Below, piece after piece: positions 51,551-63,443 of a stretch of DNA of 64,000 bases (the first letter of the stretch is position 1; the number at the start of each line of letters is the position of its first letter). A program made the translations under genes and the position numbers. Source of the stretch: Mustelus asterias (lineage: Eukaryota); NCBI RefSeq assembly GCF_964213995.1, contig NC_135808.1:23684001-23748000 (forward strand), in the 5' to 3' direction. A model generated the notes under the pieces. It was given only the letters and a program-made list of their open reading frames with translations. It was not told the origin of the DNA and ran no database searches.

Positions 51551-52030
51551 TGGGCGGCACGATGGCACAATGGTTAGCACTGTGTGGTGAACCACTGTAG
51601 TTGTCTGTTTGTGTGATATGCCTGGACACACCCCTGCTGCCTCAATCTGGGGCTCCGCCTTTCTCGGGGTATAAAGGTGACTGCTCTCCGCCCCTTTTGC
51701 CTCAGTTCGGATTAGCTATCGGTTCGGGTGTGCTCCAGTTTTTTTGTTAATAAAAGCCTGTTATTTCGCAACAACGAGTCTTTGCGTAATCAATGGTGTA
51801 TCACCCTGCTGCCTCAGTGCCAGGAACCTGGGTTCGATTCCCGGCTTGGGTCACTGTGTGGAACCTGCACGTTCTCCCAGTGTCTGTGCGAGTTTCCTCC
51901 CACATTCTGAAAGACGTGCTGGTAAGGTGCATTGACCCAAACAGGCACCGGACTGTGGTGACTAGGGGAATTTCACAATAACTTCATTGCAGTGTTAATG
52001 TAATCCTTACTTGTGACTAATAAATAAACT
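51551..52030 (+). mobile_element. tRNA-derived SINE interrupted by a solo LTR
   Basis: Head 51551-51582, resumes at 51804. Confidence 0.75.
51583..51803 (+). mobile_element. Solo LTR of the same Gypsy group, inserted in a SINE
   Basis: TGTGGTGAACCACTG...TATAAAGGTGACTGCTC...AATAAAAGCC...TATCA; flanks CACTG/CCCTG. Confidence 0.82.
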
Positions 52031-52081
52031 TTCAATGTTCTTCCCTCTGTCACTGCATCAAATTCCTTCCAGCTGATTCTA

Positions 52082-52123
52082 CCCAGCAACTGATGATGTC
52101 AGCAGCTGTATTCAGCTGATTGG
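52082..52123 (+). promoter_or_regulatory. Gene D distal X1-X2-Y module
   Basis: CCCAGCAACTGATGATGTCA...CTGATTGG, close to the MHC X-box consensus CCYAGNRAC. Confidence 0.6.
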
Positions 52124-52171
52124 ACAATTCTCAATATTGAGGAAGTTTCTCAACCTGTTTGTGTCTATTCT

Positions 52172-53217
52172 TGATGTGGAGATGCCGGCGTTGGACTGGG
52201 GTAAACACAGCAAGAAGTTTAACAACACCAGGTTAAAGTCCAACAGGTTTATTTGGTAGCAAATGCCACTAGCTTTCGGAGCGCTGCCCCTTCATCAGGT
52301 GGAGTGGAGAAATGCTCACAAACAGGGCACAGAGACACAAACTCAATTTACAGAATAATCTTCATGACACACGACAGCGCAGAGTCGCTGAGCAGAGACT
52401 GATAGCCAAGTTCCGCACGCATGAGGACGGCCTCAACCGGGATCTTGGGTTCATGTCACACTGTCTGTAACCCCCACAGCTTGCCTGGACTTGCAGAATC
52501 TCACTGGCTGTCCTGTCTGGAGACAACACACATCTCTTTAACCTGTGCTTAATGCTCTCCCCACTCACATTGTCTGTACCTTTAAGACTTGATTATCTGC
52601 AAATACTGCATTCCAATCATTATTCTGTAAATTGAGTTTGTGTCTCTGTATGACCTGTTTGTGCAGTAAGAGTTTTAACACCACCAGGTTAAAGTCCAAC
52701 AGGTTTATTTGGTAGCAAATGCCATAATAAACCTGTTGGACTTTAACCTGGTGTTGTTAAAACTCTTACTGCGTTTACTCCAGTCCAACGCCGGCATCTC
52801 CACATCATGCCCTGTTTGTGAGCATTTCTCCACTCCACCTGACGAAGGGGCTTGGAGCTCCGAAAGCGAGTGGCTTTTGCTACCAAATAAACCTGTTGGA
52901 CTTTAACCTGGTGTTGTGAGACTTCTTACTGTGTGCAGAGTTTCACTGGCTGTCTTGTCTGGAGACAATACACATCTTTTTAGCCTGTCTTGATGCTCTC
53001 TCCACTCCCATTGTTTTGTTTCTTAAAGACTGGATTAGTTGTAAGTATTCGCATTCCAACCATTATTCATGTAAATTGAGTCTGTGTCTTATAAGTTCTG
53101 TTTGTGAACAGAATTCCCACTCACCTGAAGAAGGGGCTCAGAGCCTCGAAAGCTTGTGTGGCTTTTGCTACCAAATAAACCTGTTGGACTTTAACCTGGT
53201 GTTGTTAAACTTCTTAC
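52172..53217. mobile_element. Composite of Penelope pLTR fragments in gene D promoter
   Basis: Several pLTR pieces in both orientations; TGTGTCTATTCT flanks both sides (52160-52171, 53218-53229). Confidence 0.85.
52267..52301 (-). ncRNA. Minimal hammerhead ribozyme motif (CUGAUGA variant)
   Basis: CAC-CUGAUGA-AGGGGCAGCGCUCC-GAAAGCUA-GUG; related copies at about 31363-31398(-) and 35474-35508(-). Confidence 0.72.
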
Positions 53218-53228
53218 TGTGTCTATTC

Positions 53229-53297
53229 TGCCAGAGACTGATGACTCACTGAATCTCTTTATTCTGATTGGACACAAAATAGGACTGAACCAATCAG
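53229..53297 (+). promoter_or_regulatory. Gene D proximal X1-X2-Y module and second CCAAT
   Basis: GCCAGAGACTGATGACTCA...CTGATTGG...CCAATCAG. Confidence 0.7.
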
Positions 53298-53389
53298 ATT
53301 GAGGCTCAGTGTGAACAGGAAAAGACAGGAGTGAGTTGAGAAAATGGCCTTTCTTTGAAGAAGAGTTTCCTCCAAATGTTTCCCCCAAC

Positions 53390-53453
53390 ATGAGGGAAGC
53401 AGCAATGATTGGACTGATAGTGCTGGTCCTTCTGTGTGGAGAGGTGTCTGCAG
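53390..53453 (+). CDS. Gene D exon 1 (signal peptide)
   Basis: MREAAMIGLIVLVLLCGEVSA then G|gtgagt. Confidence 0.85.
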
Positions 53454-56400
53454 GTGAGTGATGGGGTGTGAGAGGGGCAATGCCAGGCTGGGTACTGGGG
53501 CATGAACCCTGGGTCAGTGAGTGATGGGGTGTGAGAGGGGCAATGCCAGGCTGGGTACTGGGACATTAACCCTCAATCTTTAGATGACTTGAAAGTGGGA
53601 CTTTGCTCACAGTTTAAAGAGATGGCAGAGCAGTCGGTTGACCTTGCTGTCCTGTGGCCTGGCATCCGCTGGCAGCTGCCCTCTGGCTACCTGAGACCTG
53701 GAGTGTCCCATCATGCTGAGGGGTTCCTGAACAGATATAGGAACCTCCTCTGTCACCTTGACGACTGAAGTCAATGGCAGAGGTGCTGCGACACACTCGT
53801 ACCTCCCCGCTGAAGTAGACAAGGAGCTGATGGTGAATGTGTGTGTCTCACCCACCTCTCCCCTTACCACTACTCCCTTGAGCTGAGAGCCTAGCCAATG
53901 GCATACTGCCTGCACAATTCTCCAGCATCCATCTGCTGGATGTGGATCTCCAAGAGTTGGCAATCTCTCGAGGGAGAAGGCCGCAAGTGCATAAAGCGGG
54001 GAAATGGCAGCGTTCATGGCTTGGATAGACTTCTCCAACCTAAATGCACCTCACACCAAATCTCCAGCATCTGTTGTCTTGCTGACAACTCCAGAAGCTT
54101 GTCATCAGCCTAGGATTTAGTATCGTCCTCACCTCTCAAGCTTCAGGGGCCTTGTCTGTTAGAACATCCGACAGCTGGTCAGGCACGTGTCGTGTTCTCA
54201 CCAGGTTGTGACATTGAATCTAAGCGCAAACTCACACACACCATGGTGACAGTGTCTGCGCTGGTAGAGGGTGTGGGGAAATGATGATATGATACTGCAC
54301 CTCTGAAGTCCACAGGACCATAGAAATGATACAGCATAGAAGGGGGCCATTCAGTCCTCTCCTAACCCTTACTGATGGACAACTATTGGCCGCAGTTGTC
54401 AGCTCTCTGCTCTGATGAAAGACCCGAGAGAGGGAGTGAAAAGATCAAAGGGTTTTACCCTTCCAAGAATGAGCTTGTAGATTCAGCTGGAGTTCAGCTC
54501 AATGTGCAGAGTGGAGAAGACACATTAGCACCATATACATGCTTGCCTGAGGCTGCCTCCTTCCAGTTCATACAATCCCTACAGTGCAAAAGGAGGCCAT
54601 TTGGCCCATCTAGTCGACACCTACTCTGCGACAGAGCATCTTACATAGGCCGTATCCCTATAACTCCACACATTTACCCCACTAATCACCCTGACCTTCA
54701 CATCTTTGGTCTTAAGGGGTAATTTATCCTGGCCAATCCACCTATTCTGCACATCTTTGCACTGTGGGAGCAACCCGGAGCACCTGGTAGAAACCCATGC
54801 AGGCAAGGGGCGAACCTACAAACTCCACACAGACAGTCACCCAAGGCCGGAATTGAACACAGGTTCCTGGCACTGAGAGGCAGCAGTGCTAACCAGTGCC
54901 ACCGCGCTGCCAATCATGAACCCACTTCTGCTCTGCGACCGCAATCCTACCTCATTATCTGCTCTGCTGTCCTGCCAGTTTCAGAACCTCCTCCCTGGAC
55001 GTGAGGATGTCAGGAACGGAACTTCACCACCAACCTGGCTCCTTTCCTCGATTTTGTGGGCACTCTCCTGCTGTAGAAATAAGGAAAGGTGATGTCAATT
55101 GCCCCACAAGTAAGGTGCAATATCTAAGTTGCTGGCACTCTGGCTGTGGACTTTGATTCTGTCACCTTGTTCTTGAAATAGTTTATCCACAATGATTGTC
55201 GCAAACCCTTGTGACATGCAAAACACCCAAGTTAGCACCAAAACTCAATGAATGTAAGAATATAGTCTACACCCTGTCCTTATAATAATTTAACACTTTT
55301 AAGCCCCAATTTTACAACCGCTGTAGAGATTGTTAACTTTTAAAGATAAGTTTTCCAGTAAAAGCTGAAAGGCTATCCTGATGAGATTTCACATTTAAAA
55401 AGGACAAGTCAGTTCTGTTTCAGCACTTCCGCAGGAGGTAACACACACTTAACTATCAAAAAGATTGATGAAGCTCTTGGAGTGTAGTGAAAGCAGGAAG
55501 TAACTCAAATGTGGAATTAGGAGGCTAAAAGGAGCTGTGAAATGTCTTTAGCTTTTTATGCATATATGATGAGCAAGAGAAAGAGTAGGCCCACTCAAGG
55601 GCAATGGAGAGAAGTTATGTGTGGAGCTACAGGAAGCGGGGGAGATCTTTAATGAATACTTTGTACAGGTATTCACCACGGAGAAGGACATGACAGAGGT
55701 TGAGGTCAGGGAAAGGTGTGAGAACACTCTAGAGAATGTCAATATAATCAAAAGAGGAAGTGTTGACTGTCCTAAATTGCATTAAGGTAGACAAGTCCCC
55801 AGGGCCAGATGGGATCTATCCCAGGTTACTGCAGGAGGCAAGGGGAGAAATAGCTGGGACCTCAACTGGTATCTTCACATCCTCTTTGAGCACAGGTGTG
55901 GTTCCAGAGGACTGGAGAATATCCAACGTTGTTCCCTTGTTTAAGAAAGGAAGCAGGGGTAATCCAGGAAATTATTGGTCAGTGAGCCTGACGCAGTGGT
56001 GGGGAAGCTTTCGGAGAAGATACTAAGGGACAGGGTATATGCACATTGAGGAAAATGGACTAGTTAGTGACAGGCAGCATGGTTTGTTTGGGAAAGGTCA
56101 TGTCTCACCAATTTCATTGACTTTTTTTTGAAGAGGTGACAAAGAAAATTGATGAAGGGTGGGCTGTGGATGTCGTTTACATGGATTTTACTAAGGCATT
56201 TGACAAGGTCCCACATGGCAGACTGGTACAAAAACTAAAATCACACGTGATTCGCTTGGGCTGGCTAAATGGATGCAGAACTGACTTTGTTATAGAAGAC
56301 AGAGTAGTGGTGGAAGGGTGTTTTTCAGAATGGAGATCTGTAGCTAGTGGTGTTCTGCAGGGATCAGTGCTGATTGTAGTATATATAAATGGAGGAAGAT

Positions 56401-59400
56401 GTGGGTGGTCTGATTAGTACATTTGCGGATGACATGAAGATTGGCGGAGTTGCTGATAGTGCCGAAGATACAACAGGATATAGCTGGATTGGCGACTTGG
56501 GCACAGAAATGGCAAATGGAGTTTAATCCGGACAAATGCGAGGTGATGTATTTTGGAGGATCAAATTTAGGTGTAAATTATACAATAAAAAGCAGAACCC
56601 TGAGGAACATTAACGTACAGAGGGATCTGGGCGTGCAGATCCACAGTTCCCTAAAAGTGGCAACACAGGTGGCCAAGGTGACTAAGAAGACATATGGCAT
56701 GCTTGCCTTCATCAGCTGGGACATTGAGTACAAGAGTTGGCAAATCATGTTGTAGCTATATAAAACCTCGGTCAGACCGCATTTGGGGTATTGCGTGCAG
56801 TTCTGCTCACCACACGACCAGAAGGACATGGAAGCTTTGGAGAGATTGCAAAGAAGGTTCACGAGGATGTTGCCTGGTCTCGAGGGCATTGGCTATGAGG
56901 ATTAATAAACTCGGATTGTTTTCACTGGAAAGACAGAGGCTGAGGGGAAACCTGATAGAGGTCTACAAAACCATGAGGGGCACAGACAGGGTGGATAGTC
57001 AGAGGCATTTTTCCAAATGGAAAGGTCAATTACAAGAGGGCACAGGTTCAAGATGACAGGGGGAAAGTTTATGGGAGAAATGCAGGGGAAGTTTTTCATG
57101 CAGTGTAGTAGGTGCCCGGAACCCACTGCCAAAGGATGTGGTGGAAGCAAGCACGTTAGCAACATTTAAGAGGTATCTGGATGGGGACATGTTTAGGGAG
57201 GGAATAGAGGGATACGGACCGAGTAAGGACAGAAGATTTTTTTTAAAGTTTAGTGAGAGCATCATGATCAGCACAAACTTGGAGGGCCGAAGGGCCTGTT
57301 CCTGTACCTTTCTTTGTTCTATCATTCCCTGCTTTGATATGTAAATAGGCAAATTCCAAGCTTATAATATTGTTGTCCTCAAACTCAGGTCAACTAATGC
57401 CTTGGATAAAGATGCTCAAACTCTCAAATTTAAAGTAAAGTTGCCATGGGCCCAGGTGACCACAGGTTGCTCTCCTCAAAGCAGAGAGGGAAAGGAGTCT
57501 GGTGGTGATTTAACCTGAGGATCACCACACCTCAGGCGAGGGGCAAGGTTGAGAAAGTGGGGCCTTCATGAATAACCTCAGCCGGTACAGGGATTGAACC
57601 CACGCTGTTGGCATCGCTCTGCCCCAGCTGTCCAATAACTGAACGAACCAACTCTCCTCAAATTATTGTACAACATGTTTCCTTTATTGTACTGTACCAA
57701 AGTTTGGGGCAGCCTGGTGGCACAGTGGTTAGCACTGCTGCCTCACAGCTCCAGGGACCAGAGTTCAATTCTTGGCTTGGGTCACTGTCTGTGTGGAGTT
57801 TGCACGTTCTCCCCGTGTCTCTGTGGGTTTCCTCCCACACTCCAAAGATGTGTAGGTTAGGTGGATTGGCAATGCTAAAGTACCCTGGGATGCGTCGGTT
57901 AGAGGCATTCGCGGGGTAAATGGGGAGTTACAGGAATAGGGCTTGGGTGGGATTGTTGTCAGTGCAGAGTCAATGGGCCAAATGGCCTCCTTCTGCATTG
58001 TAGGGTTTCTATGATTTCTACAACACAAACTTTCGTACACCAAATATCAAACTTTCTTCCACACAAGGAATTCAACCTCTGACTTAGTTATACACAAAGT
58101 ATTTAAACACGAGTATAATCATCGAATCCCTACAGTGCAGATGGAGGCCATTCAGCCCATCAAGCTTGCACCAACAACAAGCCCACCCAGGCCCTATACC
58201 TGCAACTCCACATATTTACTCTGCTAATCCCCAAAACGCTAAAGGGGCAATTTAGCATGGCTAAACAACCTGGCCCACATTTTTGGAGTGAGGGACAAAA
58301 CCAAAGCACCCGGAGGAAACCCACAGACAGTGACCCGAGGCCAGAATTGAACCTGGGTCCCTGACACTGTGAGACAGCAGTGCTGACCACTGTGCCACCA
58401 CATCGTTATATAGACTATAACACTCTGACTTACTTACTGTCTGTACTCATCTGTTGATACTCCTGATTACCTGCAAGTGTCGGACTATCGTCACTCCACC
58501 TATATATTCTGTACCTGCTCACCTCGCTCCCCTTCACCTGACAAAGGAGCAGCACTCCGAAGGATTATGATTATGATCCTGTGTTACTCCTGCCGATGTT
58601 GCTTTGTTTCTCCATCTTATACGGATGTTGCTGGCACTGATCGTGCTTCCAGTCATGGACCTCACTCAGGTATTTATCTCAGGAGCACGGCACACAGGGT
58701 CTGTGTTCAATCAGCTCCTGTGCCTATCCTTCACTGCAGACCCCTACACCAATGCTGCTCCTACAGTCCTTAGCCTGATACAGAGTGGGCTCTTTTAACC
58801 ATCACCATTTGCTGGGATCTTCATTTTGCTGGTTGTTCAGCCTTTCTGTTGCAGTCCAGTAAATGATACAAGTCCAGCTTCTTCACAAACTCACTTTATT
58901 CCCTTTTACAACTCCACATACACACACCCAACACACTGTCACCTGTAACCTCTTTATATATCCAGTGGTTTTTTTGGCTAACCGATTCAACTAAATCAAA
59001 TCAACTGAGGGACAAATTAAAAGAGGCAGCCCCCAAAAGGAAGGGAACAGCCCAAAACAAAAAGCAAAATAGTACGGAAACTTAAAACGTTAAATCAAAA
59101 TGGAATTAGAATGGTCAGTAACACTCCAATCCTCTATTCTCTTTTAAAACTCCACATACACATCCCAACACCCAGTGTCACCTGTAACCTCTTTATCTAT
59201 CCTAGTGACTTCTATTAAATGATTAACAGCCAATTTAGGACTTAAATAGAAGGTGACTGTTAACCTATTCCTGACACTGGTATCTTATGGATACCTCTCT
59301 GGAGAGGGAGCATGCGGTGTCCACGGGCGCGATTGACGCCTTCCGCGACCGCTGGGCGCCGCAGGGGCTGGGGTGTATTATCGACCCCGATAATCACCTT

Positions 59401-62400
59401 TTGGTTTGACGTTTTAAGTTTCCTTTTGACTTTGTTTTTGGTTCGGGCTGTTCCCCCCTTCCTTTTGGGGAGCCGCCCCTTTTACTTTGTCCCTAAGTTA
59501 ATTTGAGTTCGTTTACTTGATTGGTGCCGAAAGAGCTATCTTATGGATACCTCTCTGGAGAGGGAGCATGCGGTGTCCACGGGCGCGATTGACGCCTTCC
59601 GCGACCGCTGGGCGCCGCAGGGGCTGGGGTGTATTATCGACGCCGATAATCACCTTTTGGTTTGACGTTTTAAGTTTCCTTTCGACTTTGTTTTTGGTTC
59701 GGGCTGTTCCCCCCTTCCTTTTGGGGAGCCGCCCCTTTTACTTTGTCCCTAAGTTAATTTGAGTTCGTTTATTACGTTGGTACCCGAAAGAGCTACCTTA
59801 TGGATACCCATCTGGCCACGAACTCCTTTAAGTGAACAGTCCAAAGTTGTTCCCAGCTTCTCTCTGTCCACATTTCCCCTGTTTCTGTGGGAGATTTGAG
59901 GGGGTCCAGTTGGGACACGGAGTCCCTGATCAGGGTAGAGTGAGCGATGTGGACAGGAGCTGACAGATTTTGAGGAGGCAGGAGGGAGATCGAGGAGCAT
60001 TGGAAGCCTCGGTCTTTGTTGGGGTAGGTGCGTGGGGATTGTGTTAAATGTGTTTCCAGAAGGTGAAGTTGCATGAGATCAGAGGTGAGCTGGCAAGGTG
60101 GATACAAAACTGGCTCGATAAAAGAAGACAGAAGGTAGCAGTGGAAGGGTGCGTTTCTGAATGGAGGGCTGTGACAAGTGGCATTCCTCAGGGATCAGTG
60201 CTGGAATCTTTGCTGTTTGTAATACATATAAATGATTTGGAGGAAAATGTAACGGGATTGATTAGTAAGGTTGCGGACGACACAAAGGTTGGTGGATTTG
60301 CGGATAGCGATGAGGACCATCAGAGGATACAGCAGGATATAGATTAGTTGAAGACTTGGGCGGAGAGGTGGCAGATGGAGTTTAATCCGGACAAATATGA
60401 GGTAATGCATTTTGGAAGGTCTAATACAGATAGGAAATATACAGTGAATGGCAGAACCCTTAAGAGTATTGATAGGCAAAGGGATCTGGCTGTACAGGTA
60501 CACAGAACACTGAAAGTGACAATGCAGGTGGAGAAGGTAGTCAAGAAGACATACGGCATGCTTGCCTTCATCAGCCGGGGTATTGAGTTTAAAAATTGGC
60601 AAGTCATGTTGCAGCTTTATAGAACCTTAGTTAGGCCGCACTTGGAATATAGAGTTCAATTCTGATCGCCACACTATCAGAAGGATGTAGAGGCTTTGGA
60701 GAGGGTACACAAAAGATTTACCAGGATGTTACCTGGTATGGAGGGAGTTAGCTATGAGGAGAGGTTGGAGAAACTTCGTTTGTTCTCACTGGAGCGACGG
60801 AGGTTGAGGGGAGACGTGATAGAAGTCTACAAGATTCTGAGAGGCAATGGCAGAGTGGATAGTCAGAAGTTTTTTCCCAGGGTGGAAGAGTCAATGACTG
60901 GGGAGCATAGGTTTAAGGTGTGAGGGGCAAGGTTTAAAGGAGATGGCCAAGGCAGATTTTTTACACAGAGAGTAGTGGGTGCTTGGAACCCGTTGCTGGG
61001 GGAGGTAGTGGAAGTGGATACAGTAGTGACTTTTAAGGGGCGTCTGGACAAATCCATGAATAGAATGGGAATAGAGGGATATGGTCCCCGGAAGGTAGGG
61101 GGTTTTAGTTAAGTCAGGCAGCACGGTCGGTGCAGGCTTGGAGGGCCGAAAGGCCAGTTCCTGTGCTGTAATTTTCTTTGTTCTTTGTTCTCTGGGTGTT
61201 GATGTTTTGGGGTTCACACCTGATGTCTCTCTCTCTGGGCGTTGGTGTTTTGGGGTTCACACCCTGATGTCTCTCTCTCTCTCTGGGTGTTGGTGTTTTG
61301 GGGTTCACACCCTGATGTCTCTCTCTCTCTGGGTGTTGGTGTTTTGGGGTTCACACCCTGATGTCTCTCTCTCTGGGTGTTGGTGTTTTGGGGTTCACAC
61401 CCTGATGTCTCTCTCTCTCTGGGTGTTGGTGTTTTGGGGTTCACACCCTGGTTCTCTCTCTCTCTGTGTTTCAGGTTCTCACTCTCTCCGATATTTGGCC
61501 ACTGTTATGACTCCGGTCTCTGGTCTCCCAGAGTTTGTGATTGTCGGGTTTGTGGACGATGTGCAGTTTTTTATGTATGACAGTGACTTGAAGGAGTTGG
61601 CCGGCCGTGGGCAGTGGTATATGGAGAACAAGAGGCCCAATTTCTGGATGCGGAAGACAGTGCTTGCACGGGAGAAGGAGAAACATTTTAAATTCTACAT
61701 TCAGAGCCTCATGTCCCGGACCAACCAGTCAGACGGTGAGTCCCTGCGCTCCCACCATCTGTCCTTCGAGAGAGGTTGGAAGCAGAATGAGATCCGAGAA
61801 CCAGGGTCAGGGGAAAAGTTTCTCCATCGCTTCGAGCATGGAGCGGCAGCAATGGGGAGCACCCTTTAAATACAAAGAAATATTCTTCCTAATTAGCTGA
61901 TTGTACAAGGTTTGGTTTATAATTTAAGTTTATTTATTGGTGTCACAAGCAGGCTTACATTAACACTGTAATGAAGTTACTGTGAAAACCCCCTCGTTGC
62001 CACACTCCGGCAGCTGTTCGATACACTGAGGGAGAGGATAAATATGTGGGGTTACGGGAATATGGTGCAGATTGTGGTCGGCGCAGACTCGATGGGCCAA
62101 ATGGCCAATGCACCTAACCAGCACGTCTTTCTGACTGTGGGAGGAAACCAGAGCACCCGGAGGCAGACACGGGGAAATCGTACAAACTCCACGCAGACAG
62201 TGACCCGAGGCCGGAATCAAACCCAGGCCCCTGACGCTGTGAGGCAGCAGTGCTAACCACTGTGCCACCGTGGGGGCACAGATTTCAGGTTTTGGGAAGG
62301 AGATGCAGGAAAATCCTCACTACAAAGTGCTTGGCAGACACCTGGGATTGTTGGCCTGTGAGGGCGATGGAAGCAGGGACGATCAATGACTTCAAAAGGA

Positions 62401-63443
62401 AATTGAATCGGACATCAAAGTAATAGATAGTCAGCACTGTGGGATAAGCGGGGGGGGGGATGACACTGACCAGTTTGCAATATAGAGAGCCAGCATGGAC
62501 TCAAAGGAATGAATAAATGACGACGATAATGATTGGGAATTTGGTGGATGAAGGTCTCCTTAAAATATTTCAATTGGGAGTCTAGTAGTGTGGAGTTGCA
62601 GACAAATTAAATCTTAGTCCGAGACCTGTAAATTTACACAGCTGCTGCTTTGGGTTTCCTTCAATTAATAGACATGGTTCAGGGGGGTCCTTTAAATATA
62701 GGTTGGGTTCGCGGATCATTTACATGGGGTGGCACAGTGGTTAGCACTGCTGCCTCACAGCGCCAGAGTTCAATTCCAGCCTCAGGTCTGTGTGGAGTTT
62801 GTACATTCTCCTCGTGTCTGCGTGGGTTTCCTCCGGGTGCTCCCGTTTCCTCCCACAGACCAAGGGTGTGCAGGTTAGGTTGATTGGCCATTCTAAATTG
62901 ACCCGAGTGTCAGGGAATTAGCAGGATAAATATGTGGGGGTACGGGAATAGGGCCTGGGTGGGATTGTGGCCGGTGCAGACTCGATGGGCTGAATGGCCT
63001 CCTTCTGCACTGTAGGGATTCTATGACATGTTAAGGAGTCTTATAAATACACATATTGCGGTCCAGGGGTCCATTAACACTGGCTTCCGAGGTGATATCT
63101 GATTAACTGTGTGGTGGGGTCACTCAGTCGAACTGAGCCTCATTGGTCGTATACGTCTGATTGACAGGGATCCACTTCTTCCAGATGATAACTGGCTGTG
63201 ACCTGGCTGATGATTCGATGACGAGTGGCTTCTCACAGTTCGGCTGGGACGGGCAAGATTTCATGACATTTGATAAAGATGAGCAGGTATGGCTGACACC
63301 GGTACCGTGGGGTGAGAACACCATGACGTGGTGGCAACAAATCAGGGCCTGGGATAATCAGCAGTGGAAGTTTTACCTGGAGCAGGAGTGCATTGAATGG
63401 CTGAAGATCTACTTGGAATATGGACAGCAACAGCTGGGAGTCG
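53390..63443 (+). CDS. MHC class I heavy chain gene D (divergent non-classical-type), exons 1-3; runs off the window
   Basis: Exons 53390-53453, 61475-61735, 63168-63443 splice in frame. The window ends in intron 3, just before the expected alpha3 acceptor. Linking exon 1 across the 8 kb intron is inferred. Confidence 0.85.
54572..54912 (-). mobile_element. HE1-like SINE
   Basis: Same family. Confidence 0.78.
55470..57320 (+). mobile_element. Degenerate CR1 LINE
   Basis: KSPGPDGIYP, DFTKAFDKVPH, WQMEFNPDKC; many frameshifts. Confidence 0.9.
57707..58400. mobile_element. Two HE1-like SINEs tail to tail (57707-58015 plus; 58122-58400 minus)
   Basis: Same family, opposite orientations. Confidence 0.78.
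59281..59807 (+). mobile_element. Two tandem 256-bp 3' ends of a Tx1-like (L1 clade) element
   Basis: SLEREHAVSTGAIDAFRDRWAPQG resembles the Tx1 ORF2 C-terminus; TA(T/C)CTTATGGATAC occurs three times; inverted 3'UTR relative at about 58970-59115. Confidence 0.65.
60060..61180 (+). mobile_element. CR1 3' fragment
   Basis: GIPQGSVL, ADDTKVGG, RPHLEY. Confidence 0.9.
61190..61465 (+). repeat. About 44-48-bp tandem repeat before the gene D exon 2 acceptor
   Basis: ((CT)nGGGTGTTGGTGTTTTGGGGTTCACACCCTGATGT), about 6 copies. Confidence 0.9.
61475..61735 (+). CDS. Gene D exon 2 (alpha1)
   Basis: GSHSLRYLATVMTPVSGLPEFVIVGFVDD...RTNQSDG; 261 bp. Confidence 0.93.
61925..63027. mobile_element. SINEs in gene D intron 2 (61925-62272 minus; 62727-63027 plus)
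   Basis: A/B boxes and SINE body. Confidence 0.78.
63168..63443 (+). CDS. Gene D exon 3 (alpha2)
   Basis: GIHFFQMITGCDLADD...YLEQECIEWLKIYLEYG; 276 bp, one codon longer than A/B. Confidence 0.93.

Noticed and set aside
53580-54300. Possible Harbinger-type transposon remnant
   Set aside because: Too degenerate. No motif could be supported without a profile search.
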